From assembly GCF_013315695.1 (NCBI RefSeq), contig NZ_CP054353.1: a DNA stretch of 64,000 nt. One strand, written 5' to 3'. The notes under the pieces are model-generated. The model had not been told where the DNA came from and did not search any database. It worked only from the letters and a program-made list of their open reading frames with translations. The DNA is from Escherichia coli. Lineage in GTDB: Bacteria; Pseudomonadota; Gammaproteobacteria; Enterobacterales; Enterobacteriaceae. Below, piece after piece: positions 27,122 through 38,651 of the stretch; within the stretch, counting starts at the first letter, position 1, and every line of letters starts with the position of its first letter. Both the position numbers and the translations under genes were made by a program.

Positions 27122-28444
27122 TTATCCGTTAGTTGTTAAGTTATTGACCTTGTTGGCGGCAATAACAAAAGGTAAATAGATCATTGTCGCCACACCTAAA
27201 CATAAAAAACCCACCAGTAACGCCAGCCAGTTTCCCCCGGTTCCGAGGAAAGCAATTAAAGGTCCGGGCGTAGTCCAGGGCACGGCATAAGCAACCGGTG
27301 GAATAATTTCCATCGAAACAAAGAAGTAACCAATGGCACAGTTAACAATAGGAACCATAATAAACGGCACCATCATGATGGGGTTAAGTACAATAGGAAG
27401 GCCGAACATTATCGGTTCATTGATATTGAAAATACCGGGGATAAATGACATTTTTGCCAGATCACGGTATTCCGCACGCTTAGAAGCGATAAAAATAGCC
27501 AACAATAACCCCAACGTCATACCTGAACCGCCGCAGTTGGCGAATGCATCATTAATAGAAGTCCAGGTAATCGGATATGGCGCGCCCCAGGTAGTGCCGT
27601 GTTGAGCGACCCAGGAGAGATTCTCCAGATTAGCCTCAGAAAAAACAGTTTCTCGAATTGCCGAGGTGGTATTAGGTCCGTGGATCCCCAGCACCCACAG
27701 GAAATTACCCACAGCCCCCAGGATAATTACCGCAAAGATATTCGTTCCCATATGTTTGAGCGGCGTCTGGATTAATGTGTAAATGAGGTCGTTTAATCCT
27801 GCCGGGGATATCAGTGTCAGGCAATAATTAAGTGCGGAAAAGAACACCATGACAAAAAATATTGGCAATAAAACTTTAAATGAACGCGCTACCGCAGGAG
27901 GTACAGCTGCCGGCATCGTGATGGTGATTTTGGGGTTTCGAGCTAAGCGACAAAATATTTCACTGGTGATCAGTGCAACGATAACAGCAACAAATAACCC
28001 CTGCGCGCCGAGATATTTGGTCGTCAGGAATGCTTGCCCATCTATCATCTGATATGGCGTATATACAATAAAAAATGCTCCTATTGCCGTTAATCCGCAT
28101 AAAAGATCATCTTGCTCATAGCTAATCGCCATATTCCTGGCGACCAGGAAAGCAATCATAATTGACATGATATTTACAGAACCATTCATTACCGGAGTAA
28201 AAATAGCTTGTGCTTTTTCAAGGTTGGGGAAAACGCTGTTCAGATGCAGCAGCCCGGCAATAAAGCCGTCGGGCGATAATATGGCAAAGTTAATTAATAT
28301 AATTAATGAGCTTGCCATGATAATTGGAAACGTAAAAACGAATCCATCTCTCACCGCTGCAACATGTTTTTGTGAGTTTAACTTGATAGCAACTGGAACA
28401 AGAAAACGTTCCATTCCACGTTCGAATGAGGCCATTAATCCCAT
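27122..28444 (-). CDS. PTS lactose/cellobiose-family EIIC permease
   Basis: 440-aa polytopic membrane protein resembling ChbC/CelB. Confidence 0.85.
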   Translation of the reverse strand: MGLMASFERGMERFLVPVAIKLNSQKHVAAVRDGFVFTFPIIMASSLIILINFAILSPDGFIAGLLHLNSVFPNLEKAQAIFTPVMNGSVNIMSIMIAFLVARNMAISYEQDDLLCGLTAIGAFFIVYTPYQMIDGQAFLTTKYLGAQGLFVAVIVALITSEIFCRLARNPKITITMPAAVPPAVARSFKVLLPIFFVMVFFSALNYCLTLISPAGLNDLIYTLIQTPLKHMGTNIFAVIILGAVGNFLWVLGIHGPNTTSAIRETVFSEANLENLSWVAQHGTTWGAPYPITWTSINDAFANCGGSGMTLGLLLAIFIASKRAEYRDLAKMSFIPGIFNINEPIMFGLPIVLNPIMMVPFIMVPIVNCAIGYFFVSMEIIPPVAYAVPWTTPGPLIAFLGTGGNWLALLVGFLCLGVATMIYLPFVIAANKVNNLTTNG

Positions 28445-28527
28445 TTTTTATACCTGTTGTTTTGGATATTTATACATCCCAATAAAGCATGTATGCCATA
28501 TCCATTTTATGATGAGTGAAAAGTTAG

Positions 28528-29722
<1,195 letters not shown>

Positions 29723-29756
29723 TTAGTTCAGGTAATAGTTTAATAAAATTAGATTC

Positions 29757-30068
29757 TTACTCTTGCAGTAGTTTCATCGCAAATTCAAGAACTGCCTGTC
29801 CGTTCATGCTGCCATAGTCTTTCATCTCGATAACAGCTACAGGCATTTTCCCCTGTGCAACAGCTTCAATCTCTGGTTTCTGAAAGCGAACTTGCGGGCC
29901 AAGTAAAACAACGTCAACTTCGTTATTTTTAATTTTCCCTTTAGCCTCTGCAATCGCCAATGCGGAAATATTAACTTCAAGTGAAATAGCGTTAGCATGA
30001 TCAATCATACGTTTAACCAGCATACTGGTTGACATGCCCGCAGCGCAAACTAACAATATCTTTTTCAT
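29757..30068 (-). CDS. PTS lactose/cellobiose-family EIIB
   Basis: 103 aa with N-terminal MKKILLVCAAGMSTS phosphocysteine motif (ChbB-like). Confidence 0.85.
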   Translation of the reverse strand: MKKILLVCAAGMSTSMLVKRMIDHANAISLEVNISALAIAEAKGKIKNNEVDVVLLGPQVRFQKPEIEAVAQGKMPVAVIEMKDYGSMNGQAVLEFAMKLLQE

Positions 30069-30266
30069 ATTTTCCCTTACTGGTATATAACAGATTACAT
30101 TGTGTAAATATCATATCCCGCAGTAGCTATACGTCCTGGTACATTGATCACAGTAATACAGCACTAAAGTTGTTCAACATCAGGGTGATAATTAAACGAC
30201 TCGGCCATAGGATAAACCAATCAGGACTCAACTCCTTGTTTTCAATGGCTCTTAAAAGGTGCAAAA

Positions 30267-30965
30267 GTGATTTTTCAAAAGATTGCCCGCTTACTTAAAT
30301 CCGAGATCAATGGCTATTCATGGCATGTTGGTGATTTGTTGCCGTCAGAAGCTGAACTCGCTGTTCGTTATAATGTTTCGCGTAATACCCTGCGTAAGGC
30401 ATTATCCTTGCTGGAAGGCGAAGGAATTATTCATAGAAAGCATGGTTCAGGAACATACATTCAAAAAAAGAATTTTGTTGCACACATTGATCACATGAAC
30501 AGCTTCAGTGAAATTGCGCATAAAAGCGGCAAGGAGGCAGGAAGTCAGATTATGAAATTTGAAGTGCAGGATGCTTCTCCCCCTATTGCGACTGAGCTGA
30601 ATTTAGTGACTGGTGAGCAGGTTTATTACATAAAGAGACTGCGATTCATTGAGGATAATGCAGCACAATTAGAAGAAACGTGGATGTCAGTGGCACGTTT
30701 TCCTGATTTAACCGTAGCACATATGCAAAAATCCAAATTTTCGTATATTGAGAACGAATGCGGGATCAAAATCATTGGCACCTTTGAAACTTTCTCCCCT
30801 ACTTTTCCTACCCCAGAAATCGCCAGTATTTTACGGATCAGCCCACGGGATCCCATACTTAAAATTCAGACCCAGGCTGTGGACAGTAACTCTATTCCGC
30901 TGGATTATTCGTTACTTTACAGCAATATTTTCGAGTTCCAGGTAAAGTACTTTTTCCCGCGATAA
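30267..30965 (+). CDS. GntR-family transcriptional regulator divergent from the PTS operon
   Basis: 232 aa; N-terminal GntR HTH (LPSEAELAVRYNVSRNTLRKAL) plus UTRA-like effector domain; start codon uncertain. Confidence 0.75.
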   Translation: MIFQKIARLLKSEINGYSWHVGDLLPSEAELAVRYNVSRNTLRKALSLLEGEGIIHRKHGSGTYIQKKNFVAHIDHMNSFSEIAHKSGKEAGSQIMKFEVQDASPPIATELNLVTGEQVYYIKRLRFIEDNAAQLEETWMSVARFPDLTVAHMQKSKFSYIENECGIKIIGTFETFSPTFPTPEIASILRISPRDPILKIQTQAVDSNSIPLDYSLLYSNIFEFQVKYFFPR

Positions 30966-31009
30966 AAGCAGACGCACAGAGTGCTGACATCACATTCTGT
31001 GCGTATGGT

Positions 31010-31909
31010 TTAGCCTCTAACCTTTACCGCCTTACGCCACCGCAAGCCAAATACATTGATATACAGCCCGGTCATAATGAGCACCGCACCGAAAAATTGC
31101 AGACCCGTTAAGCGTTCATCCAGCAATAGTGCCGCACTTGCCAGTCCAACTACAGGCACCAGTAACGATAACGGTGCAACCCGCCAGGTTTCATAGCGTC
31201 CCAGTAACGTCCCCCAGATCCCATAACCAACAATTGTCGCCACAAACGCCAGATACATCAGAGACAAGATGGTGGTCATATCGATAGTAACCAGACTGTG
31301 AATCATGGTTGCGGAACCATCGAGAATCAGCGAGGCAACAAAGAAGGGAATGATTGGGATTAAAGCGCTCCAGATTACCAGCGACATCACCGCCGGACGT
31401 GTTGCGTGCGACATGATCTTTTTATTGAAGATGTTGCCACACGCCCAACTAAATGCTGCCGCCAGGGTCAACATAAAGCCGAGCATCGCCACATGCTGAC
31501 CGTTCAGACTATCTTCGATTAACACCAGTACGCCAAAAATCGCTAAGGCGATCCCCGCCAATTGTTTGCCATGCAGTCGCTCACCGAAAGTAAACGCGCC
31601 AAGCACGATAGTAAAAAACGCCTGAGCCTGTAACACCAGTGAAGCCAGTCCAGCAGGCATACCGAAGTTAATGGCACAAAAAAGAAAAGCAAACTGCGCA
31701 AAACTGATGGTTAATCCATACCCCAGCAGCAAATTCAGTGGTACTTTCGGTCGTGCGACAAAAAAGATAGCCGGAAAAGCAACCAGCATAAAGCGCAAAC
31801 CGGCCAACATCAGCGGTGGCATGTTATGAAGCCCCACTTTGATGACCACAAAATTTAGCCCCCATACGACCACTACCAGTAGCGCCAACACCCCATCTTT
31901 TCGCGACAT
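31010..31909 (-). CDS. eamA: EamA (YdeD) cysteine/O-acetylserine exporter
   Basis: DMT-family membrane protein; likely start at MSRKDGVLALL (ORF track starts 21 nt upstream). Confidence 0.85.
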   Translation of the reverse strand: MSRKDGVLALLVVVVWGLNFVVIKVGLHNMPPLMLAGLRFMLVAFPAIFFVARPKVPLNLLLGYGLTISFAQFAFLFCAINFGMPAGLASLVLQAQAFFTIVLGAFTFGERLHGKQLAGIALAIFGVLVLIEDSLNGQHVAMLGFMLTLAAAFSWACGNIFNKKIMSHATRPAVMSLVIWSALIPIIPFFVASLILDGSATMIHSLVTIDMTTILSLMYLAFVATIVGYGIWGTLLGRYETWRVAPLSLLVPVVGLASAALLLDERLTGLQFFGAVLIMTGLYINVFGLRWRKAVKVRG

Positions 31910-32103
31910 TCTACCGCCTCTGAATTTCATCTTTTGTAAGCAATCAACTTAGCTGAATTTACTTTTCTTTAACAGTTGATTCGTTAGTCGCCGATTACGA
32001 CGGCATTAATGCGCAAATAAGTCGCTATACTTCGGATTTTTGCCATGCTATTTCTTTACATCTCTAAAACAAAACATAACGAAACGCACTGCCGGACAGA
32101 CAA

Positions 32104-33291
32104 ATGAACTTATCCCTACGACGCTCTACCAGCGCCCTTCTTGCCTCGTCGTTGTTATTAACCATCGGACGCGGCGCTACGCTGCCGTTTATGACCATTT
32201 ACTTGAGTCGCCAGTACAGCCTGAGTGTCGATCTAATCGGTTATGCGATGACAATTGCGCTCACTATTGGCGTCGTTTTTAGCCTCGGTTTTGGTATCCT
32301 GGCGGATAAGTTCGACAAGAAACGCTATATGTTACTGGCAATTACCGCCTTCGCCAGCGGTTTTATTGCCATTCCTTTAGTGAATAACGTGACGCTGGTG
32401 GTGCTCTTTTTTGCCCTTATTAACTGCGCCTATTCCGTCTTTGCTACCGTGTTGAAAGCCTGGTTTGCCGACAATCTTTCGTCCACCAGCAAAACGAAAA
32501 TCTTCTCAATCAACTACACCATGCTCAACATTGGCTGGACCATCGGTCCGCCGCTAGGCACGCTGTTGGTGATGCAGAGCATCAATCTGCCCTTCTGGCT
32601 GGCAGCTATCTGTTCCGCGTTTCCCATGCTTTTCATTCAAATTTGGGTAAAGCGCAGCGAGAAAATCATCGCTACGGAAACAGGCAGTGTCTGGTCGCCG
32701 AAAGTTTTATTACAAGATAAAGCACTGTTGTGGTTTACCTGCTCTGGCTTTCTGGCTTCTTTTGTTAGCGGCGCATTTGCTTCATGCATTTCACAATATG
32801 TGATGGTGATTGCTGATGGTGATTTTGCCGAAAAGGTGGTCGCGGTTGTTCTTCCGGTGAATGCTGCCATGGTGGTTACGTTGCAATATTCCGTGGGCCG
32901 CCGCCTTAACCCGGCTAACATCCGCGCGCTGATGACAGCAGGCACCCTCTGTTTCGTCATCGGGCTGGTCGGTTTTATTTTTTCCGGCAACAGCCTGCTA
33001 ATGTGGGGTATGTCAGCTGCGGTATTTACTGTCGGTGAAATCATTTATGCGCCGGGCGAGTATATGTTGATTGACCATATTGCACCGCCAGGAATGAAAG
33101 CCAGCTATTTTTCCGCTCAGTCTTTAGGCTGGCTTGGTGCGGCGATTAACCCATTAGTGAGTGGCATAGTGCTTACCAGTCTGCCGCCTTTCTCGCTGTT
33201 TATCATCTTAGCGTTGGTGATCGTTGCTGCGTGGGTGCTGATGTTAAAAGGAATTCGTGCAAGACCGTGGGGGCAGCCCGCGCTTTGTTGA
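32104..33291 (+). CDS. ydeE: MFS transporter YdeE
   Basis: 395-aa 12-TM MFS protein; synteny. Confidence 0.85.
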   Translation: MNLSLRRSTSALLASSLLLTIGRGATLPFMTIYLSRQYSLSVDLIGYAMTIALTIGVVFSLGFGILADKFDKKRYMLLAITAFASGFIAIPLVNNVTLVVLFFALINCAYSVFATVLKAWFADNLSSTSKTKIFSINYTMLNIGWTIGPPLGTLLVMQSINLPFWLAAICSAFPMLFIQIWVKRSEKIIATETGSVWSPKVLLQDKALLWFTCSGFLASFVSGAFASCISQYVMVIADGDFAEKVVAVVLPVNAAMVVTLQYSVGRRLNPANIRALMTAGTLCFVIGLVGFIFSGNSLLMWGMSAAVFTVGEIIYAPGEYMLIDHIAPPGMKASYFSAQSLGWLGAAINPLVSGIVLTSLPPFSLFIILALVIVAAWVLMLKGIRARPWGQPALC

Positions 33292-33417
33292 TTTAAGTCG
33301 AACACAATAAAAATTTAATTCAGCCTTCGTTTAGGTTACCTCTGCTAATATCTTTCTCATTGAGATGAAAATTAAGGTAAGCGAGGAAACACACCACACC
33401 ATAAACGGAGGCAAATA

Positions 33418-33513
33418 ATGCTGGGTAATATGAATGTTTTTATGGCCGTACTGGGAATAATTTTATTTTCTGGGTTTCTGGCCGCGTATTTCAGCCACAA
33501 ATGGGATGACTAA
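33418..33513 (+). CDS. mgtS: Small membrane protein MgtS (YneM), 31 aa
   Basis: ATG preceded by RBS (aacggaggcaaataATG); translation MLGNMNVFMAVLGIILFSGFLAAYFSHKWDD; below the 60-aa cutoff of the ORF track. Confidence 0.85.
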   Translation: MLGNMNVFMAVLGIILFSGFLAAYFSHKWDD

Positions 33514-33540
33514 TGAACGGAGATAATCCCTCACCTAACC

Positions 33541-33580
33541 GGCCCCTTGTTACAACTGTGTACAAGGGGCCTGATTTTTA
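33541..33580 (+). terminator. Rho-independent terminator after mgtS
   Basis: Stem ggccccttgt/acaaggggcc followed by tgattttta. Confidence 0.7.
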
Positions 33581-33588
33581 TGACGGCG

Positions 33589-33705
33589 AAAAAAAACCGC
33601 CAGTAAACCGGCGGTGAATGCTTGCATGGATAGATTTGTGTTTTGCTTTTACGCTAACAGGCATTTTCCTGCACTGATAACGGATCGTTGACACAGTAGC
33701 ATCAG
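33589..33705 (-). ncRNA. mgrR: Probable PhoP-dependent sRNA MgrR
   Basis: Minus-strand unit between mgtS and dgcZ: PhoP box upstream, then terminator stem (plus 33597-33614) and U8 (plus 33589-33596). 5' end not determined. Confidence 0.6.
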
Positions 33706-33720
33706 TTTTCTCAATGAATG

Positions 33721-33737
33721 TTAAACGGAGCTTAAAC
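33721..33737 (-). promoter_or_regulatory. PhoP box (GTTTAA-N5-GTTTAA) of the mgrR promoter
   Basis: Minus strand reads GTTTAAgctccGTTTAA, a perfect direct-repeat PhoP box; it overlaps the dgcZ stop codon. Confidence 0.65.
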
Positions 33738-34622
33738 TCGGTGAATCACGTTTTGTTCGTCAATAAACATGCAGCGATTCCTTCCGGTTTGCTTACCCTC
33801 ATACATTGCCCGGTCCGCTCTTCCAATGACCACATCCAGAGGCTCTTCAGGAAATGCGCGACTCACACCTGCTGTCACGGTAATGTTGATATGCCCTTCA
33901 GAATGTGTGATGGCATGGTTATCGACTAACTGGCAAATTCTGATACCTGCACGACATGCTTCTTCATCATTAGCCGCTTTGACAATAATGATAAATTCTT
34001 CGCCACCGTAGCGATAAACCGTTTCGTAATCGCGCGTCCAACTGGCTAAGTAAGTTGCCAGGGTGCGTAATACTACATCGCCGATTAAATGCCCGTAGGT
34101 ATCATTAACCAATTTAAATCGGTCAATATCCAACAACATTAAATAAAGATTCAGAGGATCAGCATTGCGTAACTGATGATCGAAGGATTCATCAAGAACC
34201 CGACGACCCGGCAATCCCGTCAGAACATCCATATTGCTACGGATCGTCAGCAAATAAATTTTGTAATCGGTTAATGCCGCAGTAAAAGAAAGCAACCCTT
34301 CCTGAAAAGCGTCGAAATGCGCGTCCTGCCAGTGATTTTCAACAATAGCCAGCATTAATTCCCGACCACAGTTATGCATATGTTGATGGGCAGAATCCAT
34401 TAGCCGAACGTAAGGTAATTCATCGTTATCGAGTGGCCCCAGATGATCAATCCACCGACCAAACTGGCACAGTCCATAAGAATGGTTATCCGTTATTTCT
34501 GGCTTACTGGCATCTCTCGCGACCACGCTGTGAAACATACTTACCAGCCACTGGTAGTGGGCATCGATAGCCTTATTGAGATTTAACAAGATGGCATCAA
34601 TTTCCGTTGTCTTCTTGATCAT
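33732..34622 (-). CDS. dgcZ: Zinc-sensing diguanylate cyclase DgcZ (YdeH)
   Basis: CZB domain plus GGDEF domain (GGEEF); likely start at MIKKTTEIDAIL. Confidence 0.9.
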   Translation of the reverse strand: MIKKTTEIDAILLNLNKAIDAHYQWLVSMFHSVVARDASKPEITDNHSYGLCQFGRWIDHLGPLDNDELPYVRLMDSAHQHMHNCGRELMLAIVENHWQDAHFDAFQEGLLSFTAALTDYKIYLLTIRSNMDVLTGLPGRRVLDESFDHQLRNADPLNLYLMLLDIDRFKLVNDTYGHLIGDVVLRTLATYLASWTRDYETVYRYGGEEFIIIVKAANDEEACRAGIRICQLVDNHAITHSEGHINITVTAGVSRAFPEEPLDVVIGRADRAMYEGKQTGRNRCMFIDEQNVIHRV

Positions 34623-34876
34623 TGCCACTCCTTTTTCACAGTTCCTTGTGCGCGCTATTCTAACGGGAGAAAAGCAAAATTACGTCAATATTTTCATAGA
34701 AATCCGAAGTTATGAGCCATCTCTGAGATAACATTGTGATTTAAAACAAAATCAGCAGATAAAAAAGTGTTTAATTCTATAAATTAACTCTGCATTATCG
34801 CAATTAAAAGGATGACAAATAGCATAACCCAATACCCTAATGGCCCAGTAGTTCAGGCCATCAGGCTAATTTATTT

Positions 34877-35269
34877 TTATTTCTGCAAATGAGTGACCCG
34901 AACGACGGCCGGCGCGCTTTTCTTATCCAGACTGCCGCTAATGTTGATCATCTGGTCCGGCTGAACTTCTCGTCCATCAAAGACGGCCGCAGGAATAACA
35001 ACATTAATTTCACCGCTCTTATCGCGAAAAACGTAACGGTCCTCTCCTTTGTGAGAAATCAAATTACCGCGTAGTGAAACCGAAGCGCCATCGTGCATGG
35101 TTTTTGCGAAATCAACGGTCATTTTTTTTGCATCGTCGGTTCCGCGATAGCCATCTTCTATTGCATGAGGCGGCGGTGGCGCTGCATCCTGTTTTAAACC
35201 GCCCGGGTCATCTGCCAACGCATAAGGCATGACAAGAAAACTTGCTAATACAATGGCCTGAAATTTCAT
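34877..35269 (-). CDS. ydeI: YdeI, periplasmic OB-fold (BOF/YgiW-family) protein
   Basis: 130 aa with signal peptide; synteny. Confidence 0.85.
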   Translation of the reverse strand: MKFQAIVLASFLVMPYALADDPGGLKQDAAPPPPHAIEDGYRGTDDAKKMTVDFAKTMHDGASVSLRGNLISHKGEDRYVFRDKSGEINVVIPAAVFDGREVQPDQMINISGSLDKKSAPAVVRVTHLQK

Positions 35270-35634
35270 ACTGACTCCTTAATTGCGTTTGGTTTGACTT
35301 ATTAAGTCTGGTTGCTATTTTTATAATTGCCAAATAAGATTACTGCCAATTGTTATAAGGCATTTAAAATCAGGCAACTAGCTGTCAAATATTCAGAGAA
35401 TTTAACTCACTAAAGTTAAGAAGAAGATTAAAGAGTCTTAAACATATTTCAGAATAATCAGATTTATAAATTTGAAAATTATTATAACGGAAGGGTATAC
35501 AAAAAAAGTAATTTTGCTGGCGACTGCGAAACGGCATTCGCATTAGCGGTGAAGTTTGCCCTCGCCCAGCTGCTGCAATTACTGCTATAACGAGGCTGGT
35601 CTGGCGATAAATCCAGGCCAGCCATTGGTTGTGT

Positions 35635-37680
35635 TTATACGTTCAAGCCACGATGTTGCAGCATCGGCATAATCTGAGGTGCCTTACCGCGCCATTGTCG
35701 ATACAGGCGTTCCAGATCCTCGCTGTTACCTCTGGAAAGGATCGCCTCGCGAAAACGCAGCCCATTTTCACGCGTTAATCCGCCCTGCTCAACAAACCAC
35801 TGATAACCATCATCGGCCAACATTTGCGTCCACAGATAAGCGTAATAACCCGCGGCATATCCGCCACCAAAAATATGGGCGAAATAACTGCTGCGATAGC
35901 GTGGCGGTATAGCAGGAAGATCCATATTTTCCGCCACCAGCGCCCGCAATTCGAAATCATCGACATCCTGCATTGCTTCGTTTTCTTCCAGGCAATGCCA
36001 GCGCATATCGAGAAGTGCGGCGCTAAGCAGTTCGCTCATCTCATACCCTTTATTGAACAGGCTGGCATTACGCATTTTCTGTTGCAGTTCGTCAGGCATT
36101 GCTGCCCCGCTCTGATAATGCCGGGCGTAGCGAGCGAATACCTGCGGATGCGTTGCCCAGTGTTCGTTGATTTGCGACGGAAATTCGACAAAATCACGCG
36201 GCGTGTTGGTGCCGGAAAGCGTGGCATAACGCTGGCGGGCAAAAAGGCCGTGCAGCGTATGACCAAATTCATGGAATAAGGTTATTACATCATCCCAGAG
36301 TAACAACGCAGGCTCCCCAGCAGCGGGTTTCTGATAATTGCAGACGTTATAAATTACCGGGTGCGTTTCATTCAGCGTTGATTGCTCAACAAAATTGCCC
36401 ATCCATGCGCCGCCGCTTTTTGAATCACGGGCGAAGAAATCACCGTAAAATAACGCCAGCCCCACACCATTATGATCAAAAATTTCCCACACACGAACGT
36501 CAGGATGGTAGACAGGAATATCAAAACGTTCGACAAACTTAATACCGAAGAGCTGATTCGCAGTCCAGAATACGCCTTCATTCAACACCGTGTTTAATTC
36601 GAAATAAGGCTTGAGCTGCGCTTCATCGAGATCGAATTTATCACGTCTTACCTGCTCGGCATAAAATGCCCAGTCCCACGGCTGCGCGCTAAACCCGCCC
36701 TGCTGCTTATCGATAACCGCCTGTATGGAGGCTAATTCATCGCTCGCACGTTGACGCGCCGCTGGAACAATTTCCCGCATAAAGTTGAGCGCTGCTTCTG
36801 GCGTTTTTGCCATCTGATCGGCGATTTTCCATGCGGCATAATGAGGAAAACCAAGCAGTTTCGCCTGCTGCGCGCGGATCTCCACCAGACGTTGAATGAT
36901 AGCGCGGGTATCATTGGCATCATTTTTTTCCGCTCGCATCCAGCCCGCAGTAAACAGTTTTTCACGCGTCGCACGATCGCGCATTTCGGCAAGCGCCGGT
37001 TGTTGGGTGGTATTCAGCAGCGGAATCAGCCATTTGTTATCCAGACCTTTCTCGCGAGCCGCCTCTGCCGCCAGCACAATCTCTTGCTCACTCATTCCTG
37101 CCAGCTGCGCGATATCGTTCACAACCAGACCGCCGGATTTATTTGCTGCCAGTAACCGCTGGTTAAACTGGCTGGTCAGGGTCGCAGCTTCTGTATTCAG
37201 TACTTTTAATTTTGCTTTATCAGCTTGCGCAAGTTTGGCTCCGGCAAGGACAAAACGTTGATGAATCACCTCCACCAGGCGGATGGATTCACTATCAAGC
37301 CCCAGGGATTCACGGCGCTGCCAGACAGCATCTACCCGCGCGAATAATTCACCGTTCAGATAGATATCATTAGCCAGTTCCGCCAGTTCAGCGGAAAACT
37401 GTTCATCAAGACGCTGTAATTCATCATTGGTATGCGCCGCAGTCATCGCAAAAAAGACGCTGGTAACGCGGGTAAGTAATTCTCCGCTTTGTTCCAGTGC
37501 CAGAATAGTATTGTTGAAATCAGGCGTTTGCGAGTTAAGCGCGATGGCAGTAATTTCTGCCCGCTTTTGCAGCATTCCCTCATCGAATGCCGGGCGATAG
37601 TGATGATTGGCAATTTGATCAAAATGGGGAGCCAGATACGGCAGTGTGCTTTGCACAAGGAAAGGATTCATTGTTGTCAT
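35635..37680 (-). CDS. dcp: Dipeptidyl carboxypeptidase II (peptidase M3)
   Basis: HEFGH zinc motif; likely start at MTTMNPFLV with RBS ggagaag (ORF track extends 66 nt upstream). Confidence 0.9.
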   Translation of the reverse strand: MTTMNPFLVQSTLPYLAPHFDQIANHHYRPAFDEGMLQKRAEITAIALNSQTPDFNNTILALEQSGELLTRVTSVFFAMTAAHTNDELQRLDEQFSAELAELANDIYLNGELFARVDAVWQRRESLGLDSESIRLVEVIHQRFVLAGAKLAQADKAKLKVLNTEAATLTSQFNQRLLAANKSGGLVVNDIAQLAGMSEQEIVLAAEAAREKGLDNKWLIPLLNTTQQPALAEMRDRATREKLFTAGWMRAEKNDANDTRAIIQRLVEIRAQQAKLLGFPHYAAWKIADQMAKTPEAALNFMREIVPAARQRASDELASIQAVIDKQQGGFSAQPWDWAFYAEQVRRDKFDLDEAQLKPYFELNTVLNEGVFWTANQLFGIKFVERFDIPVYHPDVRVWEIFDHNGVGLALFYGDFFARDSKSGGAWMGNFVEQSTLNETHPVIYNVCNYQKPAAGEPALLLWDDVITLFHEFGHTLHGLFARQRYATLSGTNTPRDFVEFPSQINEHWATHPQVFARYARHYQSGAAMPDELQQKMRNASLFNKGYEMSELLSAALLDMRWHCLEENEAMQDVDDFELRALVAENMDLPAIPPRYRSSYFAHIFGGGYAAGYYAYLWTQMLADDGYQWFVEQGGLTRENGLRFREAILSRGNSEDLERLYRQWRGKAPQIMPMLQHRGLNV

Positions 37681-37816
37681 TTTCTTCTCCTGAACGCGAG
37701 GTGTTCCATAGCGTAGGCTTACTGATAACGGAGTGCAATCTTGCAAACCAGTATTACCCGCTCTTAAGCATCACGTGCTATGTTATTGACACACAAAAGC
37801 GTTGAGGAACAGTGAG

Positions 37817-38563
37817 ATGATCGTTTTAGTAACTGGAGCAACGGCAGGTTTTGGTGAATGCATTACTCGTCGTTTTATTCAACAAGGGCATAAAGTTATC
37901 GCCACTGGCCGTCGCCAGGAGCGGTTGCAGGAGTTAAAAGATGAACTGGGAGATAATCTGTATATCGCCCAACTGGACGTTCGCAACCGCGCCGCTATTG
38001 AAGAGATGCTGGCATCGCTCCCTGCCGAGTGGAGCAATATTGATATCCTGGTAAACAATGCCGGCCTGGCGTTGGGCATGGAGCCTGCGCATAAAGCCAG
38101 CATTGAAGACTGGGAAACGATGATTGATACCAACAACAAAGGCCTGGTATATATGACGCGCGCCGTCTTACCGGGTATGGTTGAACGTAATCATGGTCAT
38201 ATTATTAACATTGGCTCAACGGCAGGCAGCTGGCCGTATGCCGGTGGTAACGTTTACGGTGCGACGAAAGCGTTTGTTCGTCAGTTTAGCCTGAATCTGC
38301 GTACGGACCTGCATGGTACGGCGGTGCGCGTCACCGACATCGAACCGGGTCTGGTGGGTGGCACCGAGTTTTCCAATGTCCGCTTTAAAGGCGATGACGG
38401 TAAAGCGGAAAAAACCTATCAAAATACCGTTGCATTGACGCCAGAAGATGTCAGCGAAGCCGTCTGGTGGGTGTCAACGCTGCCTGCTCACGTCAATATC
38501 AATACCCTGGAAATGATGCCGGTTACCCAAAGCTATGCCGGACTGAATGTCCACCGTCAGTAA
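37817..38563 (+). CDS. ydfG: NADP-dependent 3-hydroxy acid dehydrogenase YdfG (SDR family)
   Basis: TGATAGFG Rossmann motif and YxxxK; likely start at MIVLVTGA. Confidence 0.9.
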   Translation: MIVLVTGATAGFGECITRRFIQQGHKVIATGRRQERLQELKDELGDNLYIAQLDVRNRAAIEEMLASLPAEWSNIDILVNNAGLALGMEPAHKASIEDWETMIDTNNKGLVYMTRAVLPGMVERNHGHIINIGSTAGSWPYAGGNVYGATKAFVRQFSLNLRTDLHGTAVRVTDIEPGLVGGTEFSNVRFKGDDGKAEKTYQNTVALTPEDVSEAVWWVSTLPAHVNINTLEMMPVTQSYAGLNVHRQ

Positions 38564-38651
38564 TTTTTATACCCGGCGTAACTGCCGGGTTATTGCTTGT
38601 CACAAAAAAGTGGTAGACTCATGCAGTTAACTCACTCACAAGCAAGAACGA

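Noticed and set aside
35432-35590. Possible ydeJ remnant ORF
   Set aside because: The frame has no start codon and only a short C-terminal resemblance; kept only as a note under the ydeJ gap finding.
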